Positions 11,627 to 24,796 of a stretch of DNA of 40,000 nucleotides are shown here, piece by piece. The position numbers were made by a program, and so were the translations under genes. The first letter of the stretch is position 1. Every line of letters begins with the position of its first letter. Source of the stretch: Hydrogenobacter sp. RSW1 (GTDB lineage: Bacteria > Aquificota > Aquificia > Aquificales > Aquificaceae); contig JBBPCA010000011.1 of the NCBI GenBank assembly GCA_038009385.1, positions 12,479 through 52,478 of the forward strand, given 5' to 3'. Under the pieces are notes generated by a model. That model saw only the letters and a program-made list of their open reading frames with translations. It did no database searches and was not told the DNA's origin.

Positions 11627-12620
11627 ATGGAAGATAGCTTTTACCGGCGTTAATGATGAAGATCTCGAGTTTTACAAAGACCATCTGAAAGAGTATGAAA
11701 GTAAGTTTTTTAAGAAACGAATAGAAGAGATTGATCTAAAAGAGATTAAAGAAGCTCACATTCTTTGTGTTTTTGTTTTTGATAAGCTTACAGGCAAAGT
11801 GCTATCTGAATTTGAGAATTTGAGGTTGATAATTACCCGTTCAGCAGGTTATGATCACATCGATTTAAAGTTCTGTAAAGATAGAGGGATCAAAGTGGCT
11901 CACATGCCTGCTTACTCTCCCAAATCTATAGCTATGCATACCATAAGCCTGATTTTGAATTTAACTAGAAAAATCAAGAAGGTTCAAAAGAGGACTCTTG
12001 ACCTAAATTACTCCCAAGAACCAGAAATTTTGGCGACGGACCTTGATGAGCTAACTGCAGGTATCGTTGGAACAGGTAGAATAGGAAGCTGGACTGCCAA
12101 ACTTCTGTATCATCTGGGTTGTAAAGTTATTGCACACGATATACTAGAAAACGAAGAGCTAAAATCCTTAGGGGTGGAGTATAAATCCTTAGAAGAGCTG
12201 CTTAAGGTCAGTGATATAGTTTCTTTGCATGTTCCTTACACGCCACAAACGCATCATCTTATAAACGAAAAAAGAATATCTCTTATGAAGGACTCCGCCA
12301 TATTGATCAACACATCAAGAGGAGCGGTTGTTGATACTGACGCTTTATACAGAGCCCTTTTGAACGGAAAACTTTCTGGAGTAGCCCTTGATGTTTTTGA
12401 AGATGAGGATATTCTTATTTTGAACAAATACGAGAAAGGTATTTCAAGCGATAAGAGTTTGAAAATATTAAAACTAAATACCTTTGACAATGTCATTATC
12501 ACCCCACATATTGCTTACTACACAAAAAGAGCAGTAAACAACATCAGAAAGTGCGTTGTTGAATGTATTAATATGTTTGTGCACACAAATAGCCCTGGAA
12601 GATTTGAAGTTAGCCTATGA
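11607..12620 (+). CDS. D-isomer-specific 2-hydroxyacid dehydrogenase (LdhA/SerA-like)
   Basis: NAD-binding GIVGTGRIGSWTA, INTSRGAVVD, VALDVFEDE and ITPHIAYYT. The start could instead be the ATG at 11619. Confidence 0.8.
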   Translation: MGKQMVKWKIAFTGVNDEDLEFYKDHLKEYESKFFKKRIEEIDLKEIKEAHILCVFVFDKLTGKVLSEFENLRLIITRSAGYDHIDLKFCKDRGIKVAHMPAYSPKSIAMHTISLILNLTRKIKKVQKRTLDLNYSQEPEILATDLDELTAGIVGTGRIGSWTAKLLYHLGCKVIAHDILENEELKSLGVEYKSLEELLKVSDIVSLHVPYTPQTHHLINEKRISLMKDSAILINTSRGAVVDTDALYRALLNGKLSGVALDVFEDEDILILNKYEKGISSDKSLKILKLNTFDNVIITPHIAYYTKRAVNNIRKCVVECINMFVHTNSPGRFEVSL

Positions 12621-12632
12621 TAAAATCCTTTA

Positions 12633-14876
12633 GTGATGATGGAAATGTACAGACTTCATGGACTTACTAAAGAGGAATACGAGCGCGTATTGGAAAAACT
12701 TGGAAGAGAACCAAACCATGTGGAACTTGGAATTTTGGGAGCCATGTGGTCAGAGCACTGTTCATACAAGTCTTCAAAGGTATTTCTCAAGATGTTTCCC
12801 ACAAAATCCGAAATGGTGGTTCAGGGTCCTGGTGAGAACGCAGGTGTTATAAAACTTGACGAGAGCGTGTGGATAACCTTTAAGGTGGAAAGCCATAACC
12901 ACCCTTCTTACATAGAGCCTTTCAACGGTGCAGCAACCGGTGTTGGAGGCATCATAAGGGATGTGCTTTCTATGGGTGCAAGACCTATAGCTCTTGGCAA
13001 TTCTCTGAGGTTTGGTCCTCTTGATGACCCTAAAACTAAGCATTTAGTAAAAGGTGTGGTCAAAGGTATCAGTGCATATGGAAATTCCATAGGCGTGCCT
13101 ACAGTATGCGGTGAAACCTTTTTTGAAGAGTGCTACATTACTAATCCTCTTGTTAATGCTTTCTGTTTAGGTGTTTTGCCTGCAGGTAAGATGTACACAT
13201 CAAGGGCAAGAGAGCCAGGTCAGGTGCTGGTGCTTATAGGCTCTTCAACAGGAAGAGATGGTGTGCACGGTGCGGTGATGGCTTCGGGCGAGTTTTCACA
13301 AGACAGGGAATCAAAAAGGTCGCATGTACAGGTGGGAGACCCTTACTTTGGCAAGAAGCTCTTAGAGGCGCTAATGGAAATCATTGAAAAAGACCTGGTG
13401 GTAGGCTTACAGGATTTAGGAGCAGCAGGGCTTGCAGGTGCCAGTTCAGAAGTAGCTAACAAATCTGGTATGGGTGTAGAACTTTACCTTGAACAAGTCC
13501 CACTTAGAGAGGAAGGCATGGAACCTTATGAGATACTCCTTTCTGAAAGTCAGGAAAGGATGCTTTTGATAACACAAGAAGAGAAGGTAAAACATATAGA
13601 AAACATAGCCAAGCGTCATCACTTAGAGTGTGCACAGGTGGGCAAGCTTACCGATGATGGTCAGTTTAGGGCTTACTTTAACGGAAATCTTGTAGCAGAA
13701 CTGCCAGTGAGTCTTATAGTTGAAGAGGCACCCGTTTATATGAGAGAGAGAACAGAACCTTCTTACTTGGTAGAGCTAAGAAAGTTCCAGCAGGAACAAC
13801 TACCTTATGTGGACCTCAAAGAAGCTTTATATAATCTTCTTTCTTCTCCCAATGTATGCTCAAAAGAATGGGTCTATAGCCAGTATGACTATCAGGTAGG
13901 TACAAACACCGTCTTAAAGCCTGGGGGTGACGCTGCAGTGCTTCGCATCAAGTGGTCAGCAAGACCCCAAATAAGAAGCGAAAGGCTCATCGCCATAACT
14001 ATGGAAGGAAACTCTCGCATGGTATACTTAAACCCTTACGAAGGTGGAAAGTTTGTAGTAGCGGAAGCTTGCAGAAACTTAGCTTGTGTGGGAGCGGTGC
14101 CTGTGGGCATCACAGACTGTCTTAATTTTGGTAATCCGGAAAGACCAGAGATCATGTGGCAACTGGAACAAGCCATAAAGGGTATGGCAGAAGCTTGTCA
14201 AAGCTTAGGTGTTCCCGTAGTGAGCGGAAATGTATCTCTGTACAACGAAACCGTTGATGAGAAAACAGCGAGGAACATATACCCAACCCCGGTGGTAGTA
14301 GCTGTAGGCGTTGTAGAAAACAGAAAGTTTTTAGACCATAAGTTTAAGGAAGATGGGCATCTCATATTTCTTATTGGAGATCTAAAAAGAGGTTCAAAAG
14401 TTGACGGAAGTGAGTTTCTCAAGAGAATACACGGTAAAGTTTTGGGGGATGTGCCGGAGGTTAATCTTGAAAAAGAAAAAGCCCTGCACGGTTTACTTCT
14501 CAGGTTGATAAATGAAGACCTCATACTATCCGCTCATGATGTTTCAACGGGTGGTTTAATGCTGTGCTTGTTGGAATGCCTTTTTGGAACTTCCTTAGGT
14601 GCCACCATAAACCTCTATACAGATGAAAGGCTTGACTTCTTTTTATTTTCAGAAAATCCTACGAGGGTGGTGGTGAGTGTGAAAAAAGAAGATGCAGAAA
14701 CCTTTAAAGACATGGTAGAAGCGAAAGGTATAGATTGGGTGCTCTTAGGCAGGACAACGGATGACGGGATATTAAGAATAGAGCTTTACGACGAGCCAGT
14801 AATGGAGGAAAAGTTAGAACCGCTGGAGGAACTATGGAAAAACACCTTAGAAAAAGCCTTGTCGCATACCTTATAA
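12633..14876 (+). CDS. purL: phosphoribosylformylglycinamidine synthase subunit PurL
   Basis: 747 aa with WSEHCSYKSS, VESHNHPS, GGIIRDV and LSESQERML motifs. Size is typical of small-type PurL. Confidence 0.92.
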   Translation: MMMEMYRLHGLTKEEYERVLEKLGREPNHVELGILGAMWSEHCSYKSSKVFLKMFPTKSEMVVQGPGENAGVIKLDESVWITFKVESHNHPSYIEPFNGAATGVGGIIRDVLSMGARPIALGNSLRFGPLDDPKTKHLVKGVVKGISAYGNSIGVPTVCGETFFEECYITNPLVNAFCLGVLPAGKMYTSRAREPGQVLVLIGSSTGRDGVHGAVMASGEFSQDRESKRSHVQVGDPYFGKKLLEALMEIIEKDLVVGLQDLGAAGLAGASSEVANKSGMGVELYLEQVPLREEGMEPYEILLSESQERMLLITQEEKVKHIENIAKRHHLECAQVGKLTDDGQFRAYFNGNLVAELPVSLIVEEAPVYMRERTEPSYLVELRKFQQEQLPYVDLKEALYNLLSSPNVCSKEWVYSQYDYQVGTNTVLKPGGDAAVLRIKWSARPQIRSERLIAITMEGNSRMVYLNPYEGGKFVVAEACRNLACVGAVPVGITDCLNFGNPERPEIMWQLEQAIKGMAEACQSLGVPVVSGNVSLYNETVDEKTARNIYPTPVVVAVGVVENRKFLDHKFKEDGHLIFLIGDLKRGSKVDGSEFLKRIHGKVLGDVPEVNLEKEKALHGLLLRLINEDLILSAHDVSTGGLMLCLLECLFGTSLGATINLYTDERLDFFLFSENPTRVVVSVKKEDAETFKDMVEAKGIDWVLLGRTTDDGILRIELYDEPVMEEKLEPLEELWKNTLEKALSHTL

Positions 14877-15325
14877 CCTTTTTTCTCATCTTATCAAGCG
14901 ATTTAATAACTAAACAGTTGGCAGAGCACCATCTTCATAACAGAGAAGTGAGTTTACTGCCCTTTTTACACTTAGTGCTAGTTTACAATAAAGGGGTGGC
15001 TTTTGGTATTTTCTCAAACGCGCCAGACATCATTAGACTACCTCTCGTGCTTTTAAGTCCATTGATAGCGTTAGTTCTCACTTTTTTGTATGCCGTTAAA
15101 CGCAAAGATATAACAAACGCTCTCCTTATGGGTATGGTAGCCGGTGGTGCCATAGGAAACTTCTATGATAGATTTTTTTTAGGCTATGTCAGGGATTTTA
15201 TATACCTATCTTACGGTAAGTTCTCTTGGCCAGCTTTTAACCTTGCGGACATGGGTATAAGCGTAGCTATATTACTTTTGCTCACATTTTCTCTTGGCCA
15301 TTCTGGTAGCCATCGCAAAAACTAA
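14834..15325 (+). CDS. lspA: lipoprotein signal peptidase II
   Basis: NKGVAFGIF, GGAIGNFYDRFFLGYVRDF and FNLADMGISV, with four hydrophobic segments. Overlaps the purL 3' end by 43 nt. Confidence 0.88.
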   Translation: MEKHLRKSLVAYLITFFLILSSDLITKQLAEHHLHNREVSLLPFLHLVLVYNKGVAFGIFSNAPDIIRLPLVLLSPLIALVLTFLYAVKRKDITNALLMGMVAGGAIGNFYDRFFLGYVRDFIYLSYGKFSWPAFNLADMGISVAILLLLTFSLGHSGSHRKN

Positions 15326-15327
15326 AA

Positions 15328-15399
15328 TGGGCGATGGAGGGTTCGAACCTCCGACCTCCATCGTGTGAGGATGGCGCTCTACCGCTGAGCTAATCGCCC
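15328..15399 (-). tRNA. tRNA-Val (anticodon CAC)
   Basis: The reverse complement folds as a cloverleaf: GGGCGAT TA GCTC AGCGGTA GAGC G CCATC CTCACAC GATGG AGGTC GGAGG TTCGAAC CCTCC ATCGCCC A. All four stems are fully paired, the T-loop is TTCGAAC, and CCA is not encoded. Confidence 0.93.
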
Positions 15400-15441
15400 T
15401 CTTTAGTTAATTAAATTATAACATCAGATTATAATGGTGGT

Positions 15442-16368
15442 ATGGAAGCGTACATTATGGGTTCTGACCAAAGGATAGTCAGGTGCGCAAGGGTATCCTT
15501 TGGCAAAGATGATAAGGTGGACATGGACAGGGATAAAAAGCTCATAAAGTATCTCTTTCAGCATAGGCATGCGAGCCCTTTTGAGCATGTAATAGTCGCT
15601 TTTGAAGGTGATAAGAAAGATTGGATTGATCTTATTCAAAAAGTGCAAAGCCCAGTATTTCAAGTTTATTGGGCAGGGGGTTATGTGTGGCTAAACCTGA
15701 GGAACTTCATAAACGCCTTTGAACACATCCCCCGCGCGGTAAAACAGAAAGTGAGAGAGCTTTTACCCACAACTTACGCAGTAATTAAAGGAGAAACCCC
15801 GACTGATTACTCTACAGATAGCTCCTATGTTTCTCAGAAGGTAGAAACATCTTCAGGATGGATAGGGCTTGTGGATAAGCTTGAACTTGGAACCTTGATG
15901 GATTATTACACTTTTGTGGTGGAGTGTCCTCTCTTTGTTGCAAGACAGTGGCACAGACATAGATTTGGCTCTTTTAACGAAGTGAGTAGAAGGTATGTTA
16001 GCTACGAACCTACCTTTTACATACCTTCTTATTTGCGCAAACAATCGGATAAAAACAAACAGGCGTCAACAGACGAAAAGATAGATGAACCTTGGAACTC
16101 CCTGTTTATGAAGAAGATAAAGTGGTATATAGAGGACTTGCGTACCCTTTACGAAAACATGATAGAAAAGGGAGTTGCCAAAGAGCTTGCCAGAGGCATT
16201 CTTCCACAGTTTATGCACACAAGGTTTTATTGGACTGTCCCTAGAATCTCTTTAGACAACTTTATAAGTCTAAGGACGCACGAAGGAGCGCAGAAAGAAA
16301 TAAGAGAGTTCGCTGAGGCTATAATAAGTATGGTGGGCTATAAAAATAGCGCTACTTTCAGGTTATGA
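15442..16368 (+). CDS. thyX: flavin-dependent thymidylate synthase
   Basis: HRHASPFEH and the ThyX motif ARQWHRHRFGSFNEVSRRY, plus FISLRTH. Confidence 0.9.
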   Translation: MEAYIMGSDQRIVRCARVSFGKDDKVDMDRDKKLIKYLFQHRHASPFEHVIVAFEGDKKDWIDLIQKVQSPVFQVYWAGGYVWLNLRNFINAFEHIPRAVKQKVRELLPTTYAVIKGETPTDYSTDSSYVSQKVETSSGWIGLVDKLELGTLMDYYTFVVECPLFVARQWHRHRFGSFNEVSRRYVSYEPTFYIPSYLRKQSDKNKQASTDEKIDEPWNSLFMKKIKWYIEDLRTLYENMIEKGVAKELARGILPQFMHTRFYWTVPRISLDNFISLRTHEGAQKEIREFAEAIISMVGYKNSATFRL

Positions 16369-16972
16369 TGCGTTTTGCCTGCTGAAGAAAGTCCTTGAAC
16401 TTTATGTTTCCCTCTCTTACTAACCTTAAGCTCTTTTTTCCTATAAGCCTAACTATGGTGGATGGTTCTCCTTTTATGTATCCTGCATCCACATACAGGT
16501 CTATATTATTACCAAAGTATTCTTGCGCCATGCTTATATCAACAGCCGGATCCTTCCCTTCTGGGTTAGCGCTGGGTGCTACGAGAGGTGTTTCTAACTC
16601 TTGCATAAGCTCCATTACAAAACTGTCCTCTTTTGGCAGTCTTATGGCTATGCTCTTTTTTCCCCTTGTGAGATATAGGGGAAAGGAGGTTTTTTTGTAA
16701 AAGATCACGGTGGCATGTGTATAAAGCAAGTCCCAGTATTTTCTGTCTGCATACAGGTCTAAATACTCAAGTATGTCCAAATCTGGAATGAGCATTATAA
16801 AAGGTCTTCCTGATGGTCTTCTTATGGAGTAAAGTCTTTCTACCGCTTCTGCATTCGTAGCATCTGCTACAAGCCCGTATATGGTGTCCGTTGGACAGAA
16901 GACTATTCCTCCTTCCTTTAATACTTTAACCGCTTTACGCAGTCCTGTCTTGTTGGCTTTTACCACCATCAT
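16358..16972 (-). CDS. tsaC: L-threonylcarbamoyladenylate synthase (YrdC/Sua5 domain)
   Basis: GGIVFCPTDTIYGLVADATNAEAVERLYSIRRPSGRPFIML and APSANPEG. ATGA overlap with the thrC stop. Confidence 0.85.
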   Translation of the reverse strand: MMVVKANKTGLRKAVKVLKEGGIVFCPTDTIYGLVADATNAEAVERLYSIRRPSGRPFIMLIPDLDILEYLDLYADRKYWDLLYTHATVIFYKKTSFPLYLTRGKKSIAIRLPKEDSFVMELMQELETPLVAPSANPEGKDPAVDISMAQEYFGNNIDLYVDAGYIKGEPSTIVRLIGKKSLRLVREGNIKFKDFLQQAKRIIT

Positions 16973-18027
16973 AGTTCTATAATTTTTATGATTTTATCCA
17001 AATCGGGTGGAAGGGTTATAGGCTCTTCACACACGCTCATAGCTGTGTTTGGGTCTTTAAGACCGTTTCCCGTAAGGGTACACACCACCGTCTCCCCTCC
17101 TTTAAAGAAGCCTTCTCTGGTGAGTTTTATAAGTCCGGCTATGCACGCTGCAGAAGCTGGCTCACAGAATATACCTTCCTTTGAAGCTACAAGTTTATAA
17201 GCGTTTAGTATCTCTTCATCGCTGACCGCATCTATTCTTCCACCAGACTCATTGGAAGCCTCAAGAGCATGTTGCCAACTGTATGGGTTTCCTATCTTTA
17301 TAGCGGTAGCAATGGTTTGAGGGTTTTTTATCACATAACCTTTCACTATGGGGGCTGCCCCTTCTGCTTGCCATCCCATCATTCTGGGAAGCTTTTTGAT
17401 CTTACCGTGTTTAAAATACTCCTTGTAGCCTTTCCAGTATGCGGTTATATTTCCTGCATTTCCAACAGGTATAAAGTGGTAATCTGGAGCATCACCCAAA
17501 GCGTCGCACACCTCAAAGGAAGCGGTTTTTTGCCCTTCTATACGAAAAGGATTTACTGAATTGACAATCTCAACAGGTAGAAGTTCTCCTATCTTCCTAA
17601 CCATGTATAAGGCATCATCAAAATTCCCTTGCAGAGCTATCACCTTGGCACCATATATGACCGCTTGAGAAAGTTTACCCAAGGCTACTGCACCCTTTGG
17701 AAGGATAACATAGGCTCTTAGACCGGCTTTTGCAGCATAAGCAGCGGCAGAAGCAGAGGTGTTTCCTGTAGATGCACATATGACAGCCTTTTTACCGCTT
17801 TCTACAGCTTTAGATATGGCTAAGGTCATACCTCTGTCTTTAAAAGAGCCTGTTGGATTCAGCCCTTCGTATTTGAGAAATATATCACCTTTAAAGCCTA
17901 TGACTTTTGCAAGATTTTCCGCATGTATGAGCGGTGTATTACCTTCACACAAAGTTATCACAGGTGTGTTTTCAGAAACTGGTAAAAACTCTCTGTATTT
18001 GTGTATTACACCACGCCAGTAGTTCAT
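16969..18027 (-). CDS. thrC: threonine synthase
   Basis: PLP-lysine region NPTGSFKDRGM, CASTGNTSASAAAYAA and overall ThrC length (352 aa). Confidence 0.9.
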   Translation of the reverse strand: MNYWRGVIHKYREFLPVSENTPVITLCEGNTPLIHAENLAKVIGFKGDIFLKYEGLNPTGSFKDRGMTLAISKAVESGKKAVICASTGNTSASAAAYAAKAGLRAYVILPKGAVALGKLSQAVIYGAKVIALQGNFDDALYMVRKIGELLPVEIVNSVNPFRIEGQKTASFEVCDALGDAPDYHFIPVGNAGNITAYWKGYKEYFKHGKIKKLPRMMGWQAEGAAPIVKGYVIKNPQTIATAIKIGNPYSWQHALEASNESGGRIDAVSDEEILNAYKLVASKEGIFCEPASAACIAGLIKLTREGFFKGGETVVCTLTGNGLKDPNTAMSVCEEPITLPPDLDKIIKIIEL

Positions 18028-18149
18028 AACTTACTGCTCTTTCTTTTGCTACTCTTGACCCTCGTTGGATTTTTCCAATTCCTTCTTGGCACCTTTTTTC
18101 TTCTCTTGTTGCATAGCTTTTTCCTCCTTGCTTATATTTTATCATATAG

Positions 18150-20757
<2,608 letters not shown>

Positions 20758-20761
<4 letters not shown>

Positions 20762-21144
20762 TTTCCATCTCCTTTCTCTATAAAAATATCCCTTACATCT
20801 CTTATGTAAAAGTTTGCTTTGCCCAGTTCTGATATGGATGTGCAGTATGTCCCTAGGTCCAATCTTGCGTGTTTCTTTAAGCCTCCTTTGAGCTCCATAT
20901 CCACCTCAAGACCATCTTCTTTTTGAGAAAGCACTCTTATGTGCCTAATATCTTCAAAAGGCACCGCGTAATCAACGCTTCCTTCCTTTATTTTTAGGTA
21001 AGTTCTTCCATTACAGCTTATACCTTTAAGTTGATGAGTGATCCCTTCCTTGTCCACCACTTTAACGAGTAAATGTGTATTTACCTTAACGGGTTCTGCC
21101 ATGGATAGAAGAAATACGGAAGAGAGGATGATCCCTTTCCTCAT
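20758..21144 (-). CDS. hypothetical secreted protein
   Basis: 128-aa ORF with an N-terminal signal-like segment MRKGIILSSVFLLSMAEP. Tightly packed between cimA and ctpA (ATGA-type junction with ctpA). No family recognised. Confidence 0.5.
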
Positions 21145-21147
21145 AGA

Positions 21148-22731
21148 TTAAATTATACCCTCTTCTTCATCTTTTAGGAGTTTGTATATCAAGCTGTCCG
21201 TAAGAGCTATCCAAGAAGCTTCTATTATGTTTTCAGAAACACCCACAGTGCCCCACTTCCTTCTTCCGTCTGTAGATTCTATAAGCACCCTTACTTTAGC
21301 AGATGTTCCTTCCGACTCATTAACTATCCTCACTTTGTAGTCTATGAGCTGTACCTCTTTGAGATTAGGATAGAACTCTTCCAAAGCTTTTCTGAGAGAT
21401 CTGTCCAGGGCGCTTACAGGTCCATTGCCAAGCGCTGCTGTGTGCTGCTTTATATCTCCTACATAAAGTCTTACAGTAGCTTCAGATATGGGTAATACAT
21501 CTGTACTTCTTCTTGCTATAAGCACGCGATAGGCATCAAGATCAAAATAGTTTTTGACAAGTCCAAAGTGCCTTTTGCACAGTAGCTCAAAAGATGCCTC
21601 TGCTGCTTCAAAGTGATAGCCTTCTTTTTCAAGCTCCTTTATCCTTTCAACAAGCTTGACGAGTTCTGGAGACTTTTCATCTACCTGAATGCCCATCTCT
21701 TTAAGCTTGTAAAGTATGTTACTCCTGCCAGAAAGGTCTGAAACGGTCACTTTTCTTCTGTTGCCTACCAAGTATGGGTCTATATGTTCGTAAGTTTCTG
21801 ACCTTTTCATCACAGCAGAGGCATGAACACCTGCTTTGTGGGTAAAGGCACTTTCTCCTACATAAGGCATGTTTTTGGGAATAGGTATGTTGGAAACTTC
21901 CGATACAAAGTGGGCAAGTTCCGTTAGTTTTTTGAGATTTTCCGAAGGTATAACCTCAAAACCGAGCTTTAGTTGAAGGTTTGGTATTATGGAGCATAAA
22001 TTGGCATTCCCTGTCCTTTCTCCTATACCGTTTATGGTGCCATGCACCTGTCTTGCTCCTGCCAATACAGCCATCAAAGAGTTGGCAACAGCTGTATCCG
22101 AGTCATTGTGAGCGTGTATACCTATGCGTGCTTGGGGGAAAGATGCCTTAACCACCTTGGTTATCTCGTAAACCTCATTGGGTAGACTTCCTCCGTTTGT
22201 ATCACACAAAACTATCCAATCTGCACCACCTTCAAGAGCAGATTTAAGCACTGACAGTGCATATTCTGGATTGTTTTTGTACCCATCAAAGAAGTGTTCT
22301 GCATCAAAGATCACCTCTTCCACATATTCTTTTAAGTATCTTACTGTTTCGTAAACCATGTCAAGATTCTCTTCAAGGCTTGTTCCCATAGCATGAGTGA
22401 CATGAAAGTCCCAGCTTTTACCAAACACAGTGATGGCTCGCGCGCCAGACCTTAAAAGATTTTCTACTTGCTGATCTTCACGAACTTTCTTCCCAGCTTT
22501 TCTGGTGGACCCAAAAGCTACCACCTTTATGTTTTTGGTTTTTATCTTCTTTAACCTCTCAAAGAGAATGGTGTCTTTGGGATTGGCTCCTGGCCATCCA
22601 CACTCCGCATAATGCACTCCAAACTCATCAAGTTTTTCAAGTATGCGAAGCTTATCTTCTACAGAAAAATTTATACCTTCAGCCTGTGAACCATCCCTTA
22701 AGGTGGTATCGTAAATAAATACTTTTTCCAT
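21148..22731 (-). CDS. cimA: (R)-citramalate synthase / 2-isopropylmalate synthase family
   Basis: [30 protein letters not shown].., [25 protein letters not shown] and a C-terminal LeuA-dimer-like region. The GWPGANPKD start pattern favours CimA over LeuA. Start placed at the ATG at 22731. Confidence 0.8.
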   Translation of the reverse strand: MEKVFIYDTTLRDGSQAEGINFSVEDKLRILEKLDEFGVHYAECGWPGANPKDTILFERLKKIKTKNIKVVAFGSTRKAGKKVREDQQVENLLRSGARAITVFGKSWDFHVTHAMGTSLEENLDMVYETVRYLKEYVEEVIFDAEHFFDGYKNNPEYALSVLKSALEGGADWIVLCDTNGGSLPNEVYEITKVVKASFPQARIGIHAHNDSDTAVANSLMAVLAGARQVHGTINGIGERTGNANLCSIIPNLQLKLGFEVIPSENLKKLTELAHFVSEVSNIPIPKNMPYVGESAFTHKAGVHASAVMKRSETYEHIDPYLVGNRRKVTVSDLSGRSNILYKLKEMGIQVDEKSPELVKLVERIKELEKEGYHFEAAEASFELLCKRHFGLVKNYFDLDAYRVLIARRSTDVLPISEATVRLYVGDIKQHTAALGNGPVSALDRSLRKALEEFYPNLKEVQLIDYKVRIVNESEGTSAKVRVLIESTDGRRKWGTVGVSENIIEASWIALTDSLIYKLLKDEEEGII

Positions 22732-22888
22732 ACCACCATTATAGGAACTTGTCAAGGAAGATGTCAACTTTTAGCATCCATGGACTGGTTAATGGTTAGG
22801 AGCTAAAAAATTGACATCCTCGGTTATGATCAGTTAAAGGAAAGCAAGAAATTGTAAGAAAAACTAGCTAGAAACAGGAGGAAATAAC

Positions 22889-23923
22889 ATGCAAATATAT
22901 GGGGAAATAACAGGAATAAAGTATAAACCTTTCTTGTGTAACACTCTGGTACAATATGATATTGAAAAGTTTGATAAAGCGTTGTCCAAAAGTGGCAGCT
23001 TTATTCTTGAAATTGATAAAGAAAACAGAATAGCAGTAAGTAGATGGGTGTCACCTAAAAGGACAAGATCTTATCCTTATGCGAGAGTATATGATACTTT
23101 AAGTTTTTCAGGCAGAAAGATCACTATAATCCCTATAATGAAGGATGAAGGTAAAGATGGTGATAGAGACTTTTTACAGTGGGATGCTATATCATTAATG
23201 AGTTTGTTGGGGATTTATGTAATTATAGGCTATTATGTTGAAGCAGTTCGAAATCCAAAGTATGCAAATAAAATTACCAATCAAAAATTTGATACTAACT
23301 ATATAAAAAGCGAAATTAGTAGATTATTGTCATACCAATCCGATGCTTTACACTGGAATCTTGAGCAAATAGATAAAATATATCAAATAGCTAGTTTAGC
23401 TTTTGATTCTTATAATAGAATATCCAAAAATTTAGGAGTAGAAATGCATTCTATGGAAGCTGCTCAGCAAAGAATTGAAGAATTATATAAAGAAAAGGAA
23501 GAATTTATGAAGCTTTCTAGAGAACTATCATATAAAGCTCAAAGAAGAGAAAGCATTACGGTACAACCTAAGGAATCATTGAAGGGTACCAAAGGTTTGA
23601 TTACAATAAAAAACTATATAGGAGGGTATTATTATTTTACATGTGATGAGGTTGAGATTCAAGGTAATGAATTGTATTTGATTGAAGGGAAGCATAGTGC
23701 AAGTGGATATCCCAGCCTCAGTGATGTAAAGGACGGTCTTCTAAAAATGATATTGTATACAAACCTTAAAAAAGTTTATTATAACAATGAGGAATTTATA
23801 CCTATTCCTATACTTAAACTTACGACTAAGGGAGATATTTATGGATTTCCAAATTATTATGACACTCTATTAAAGGAAGCGGAAGAGAATAAATTCAAAG
23901 TTATAATAGAAAGAGTGCAATGA
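22889..23923 (+). CDS. putative type II restriction endonuclease (PD-(D/E)xK motif near the C-terminus)
   Basis: 344-aa ORF with an AGGAGG RBS. Has a candidate nuclease motif D253-x12-E266-G-K268 (CDEVEIQGNELYLIEGK, 23645-23692). ATGA overlap with the downstream Dam-family methyltransferase. AT-rich. No named family recognised. Confidence 0.55.
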   Translation: MQIYGEITGIKYKPFLCNTLVQYDIEKFDKALSKSGSFILEIDKENRIAVSRWVSPKRTRSYPYARVYDTLSFSGRKITIIPIMKDEGKDGDRDFLQWDAISLMSLLGIYVIIGYYVEAVRNPKYANKITNQKFDTNYIKSEISRLLSYQSDALHWNLEQIDKIYQIASLAFDSYNRISKNLGVEMHSMEAAQQRIEELYKEKEEFMKLSRELSYKAQRRESITVQPKESLKGTKGLITIKNYIGGYYYFTCDEVEIQGNELYLIEGKHSASGYPSLSDVKDGLLKMILYTNLKKVYYNNEEFIPIPILKLTTKGDIYGFPNYYDTLLKEAEENKFKVIIERVQ

Positions 23924-24747
23924 ATATAGTGAAAAATGTTCTAAGATATCCGGGAGGTAAATCAAAAGCTGTAGAAAAGATTATAGCTAATATACCAGCT
24001 AATATAAAGGAGTTTAGAGAACCAATGGTTGGTGGCGGTTCAGTTTCTTTAGTGGTAAAACAACTTTTCCCAAATGTAAAGGTAAAAATAAATGATTTGA
24101 ATTATGATTTGATATGCTTTTGGAAAACATTACGGGATAATCCTGATGAGTTAATTAAGGAAGTGAGAAAAATAAAAGAAACTTACAAAGACGGAAGAAA
24201 ACTTTATAATGAATTTACGACTAAAAATGGTGGTAATGAATTTGAAAGGGCGGTCAGGTTTTTTGTGTTAAATAGAATAACTTTTTCTGGGACTGTAGAC
24301 TCGGGAGGATATTCTCAACAAGCTTTTGAAAAAAGGTTCACCAATAGTGCAATTGAAAAGCTAAAAAGAGCGTCTGAGATTATCAAGGACTTCGAGATTA
24401 CTCATGGTGATTATGAAAAACCGCTATTTGAAGATGGAGAGGGCGTATTTATCTTTTTAGACCCTCCCTATTATAGCACAGCAAAATCAAAATTATATGG
24501 TAAAAACGGGAACTTACATTTAAGCTTTGATCATGAAAGATTTGCTGCTAATATGAAAAAATGTAAACATTTGTGGTTGATAACTTACGATGACTGCACA
24601 GAAGTACGAGAGTTATTCAGTTTTGCGTACATATATCCCTGGGAACTCCAGTATGGGATGAATAACTATAAGCGGAAAACTGCGAGGAAAGGCAGAGAAT
24701 TATTTATTACAAACTATAGGATATCGTTCGAAAATTTTAAAATTTAA
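23920..24747 (+). CDS. Dam-family (D12 class) N6-adenine DNA methyltransferase
   Basis: N-terminal LRYPGGKSKAVEKII, then EPMVGGGSV (AdoMet loop) and the catalytic FLDPPYY (24460-24471). Confidence 0.88.
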   Translation: MNIVKNVLRYPGGKSKAVEKIIANIPANIKEFREPMVGGGSVSLVVKQLFPNVKVKINDLNYDLICFWKTLRDNPDELIKEVRKIKETYKDGRKLYNEFTTKNGGNEFERAVRFFVLNRITFSGTVDSGGYSQQAFEKRFTNSAIEKLKRASEIIKDFEITHGDYEKPLFEDGEGVFIFLDPPYYSTAKSKLYGKNGNLHLSFDHERFAANMKKCKHLWLITYDDCTEVRELFSFAYIYPWELQYGMNNYKRKTARKGRELFITNYRISFENFKI

Positions 24748-24796
24748 GATAGTTCGACTCCTTTATTGTCATTTATACCATTACGAAGCTGAAAAG

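Noticed and set aside
22811-22840. TTGACA at 22811-22816 as the -35 of a promoter for the first R-M module.
   Set aside because: The best -10 candidate at 17-bp spacing is TTAAAG, a poor match. This is not enough to call a promoter.
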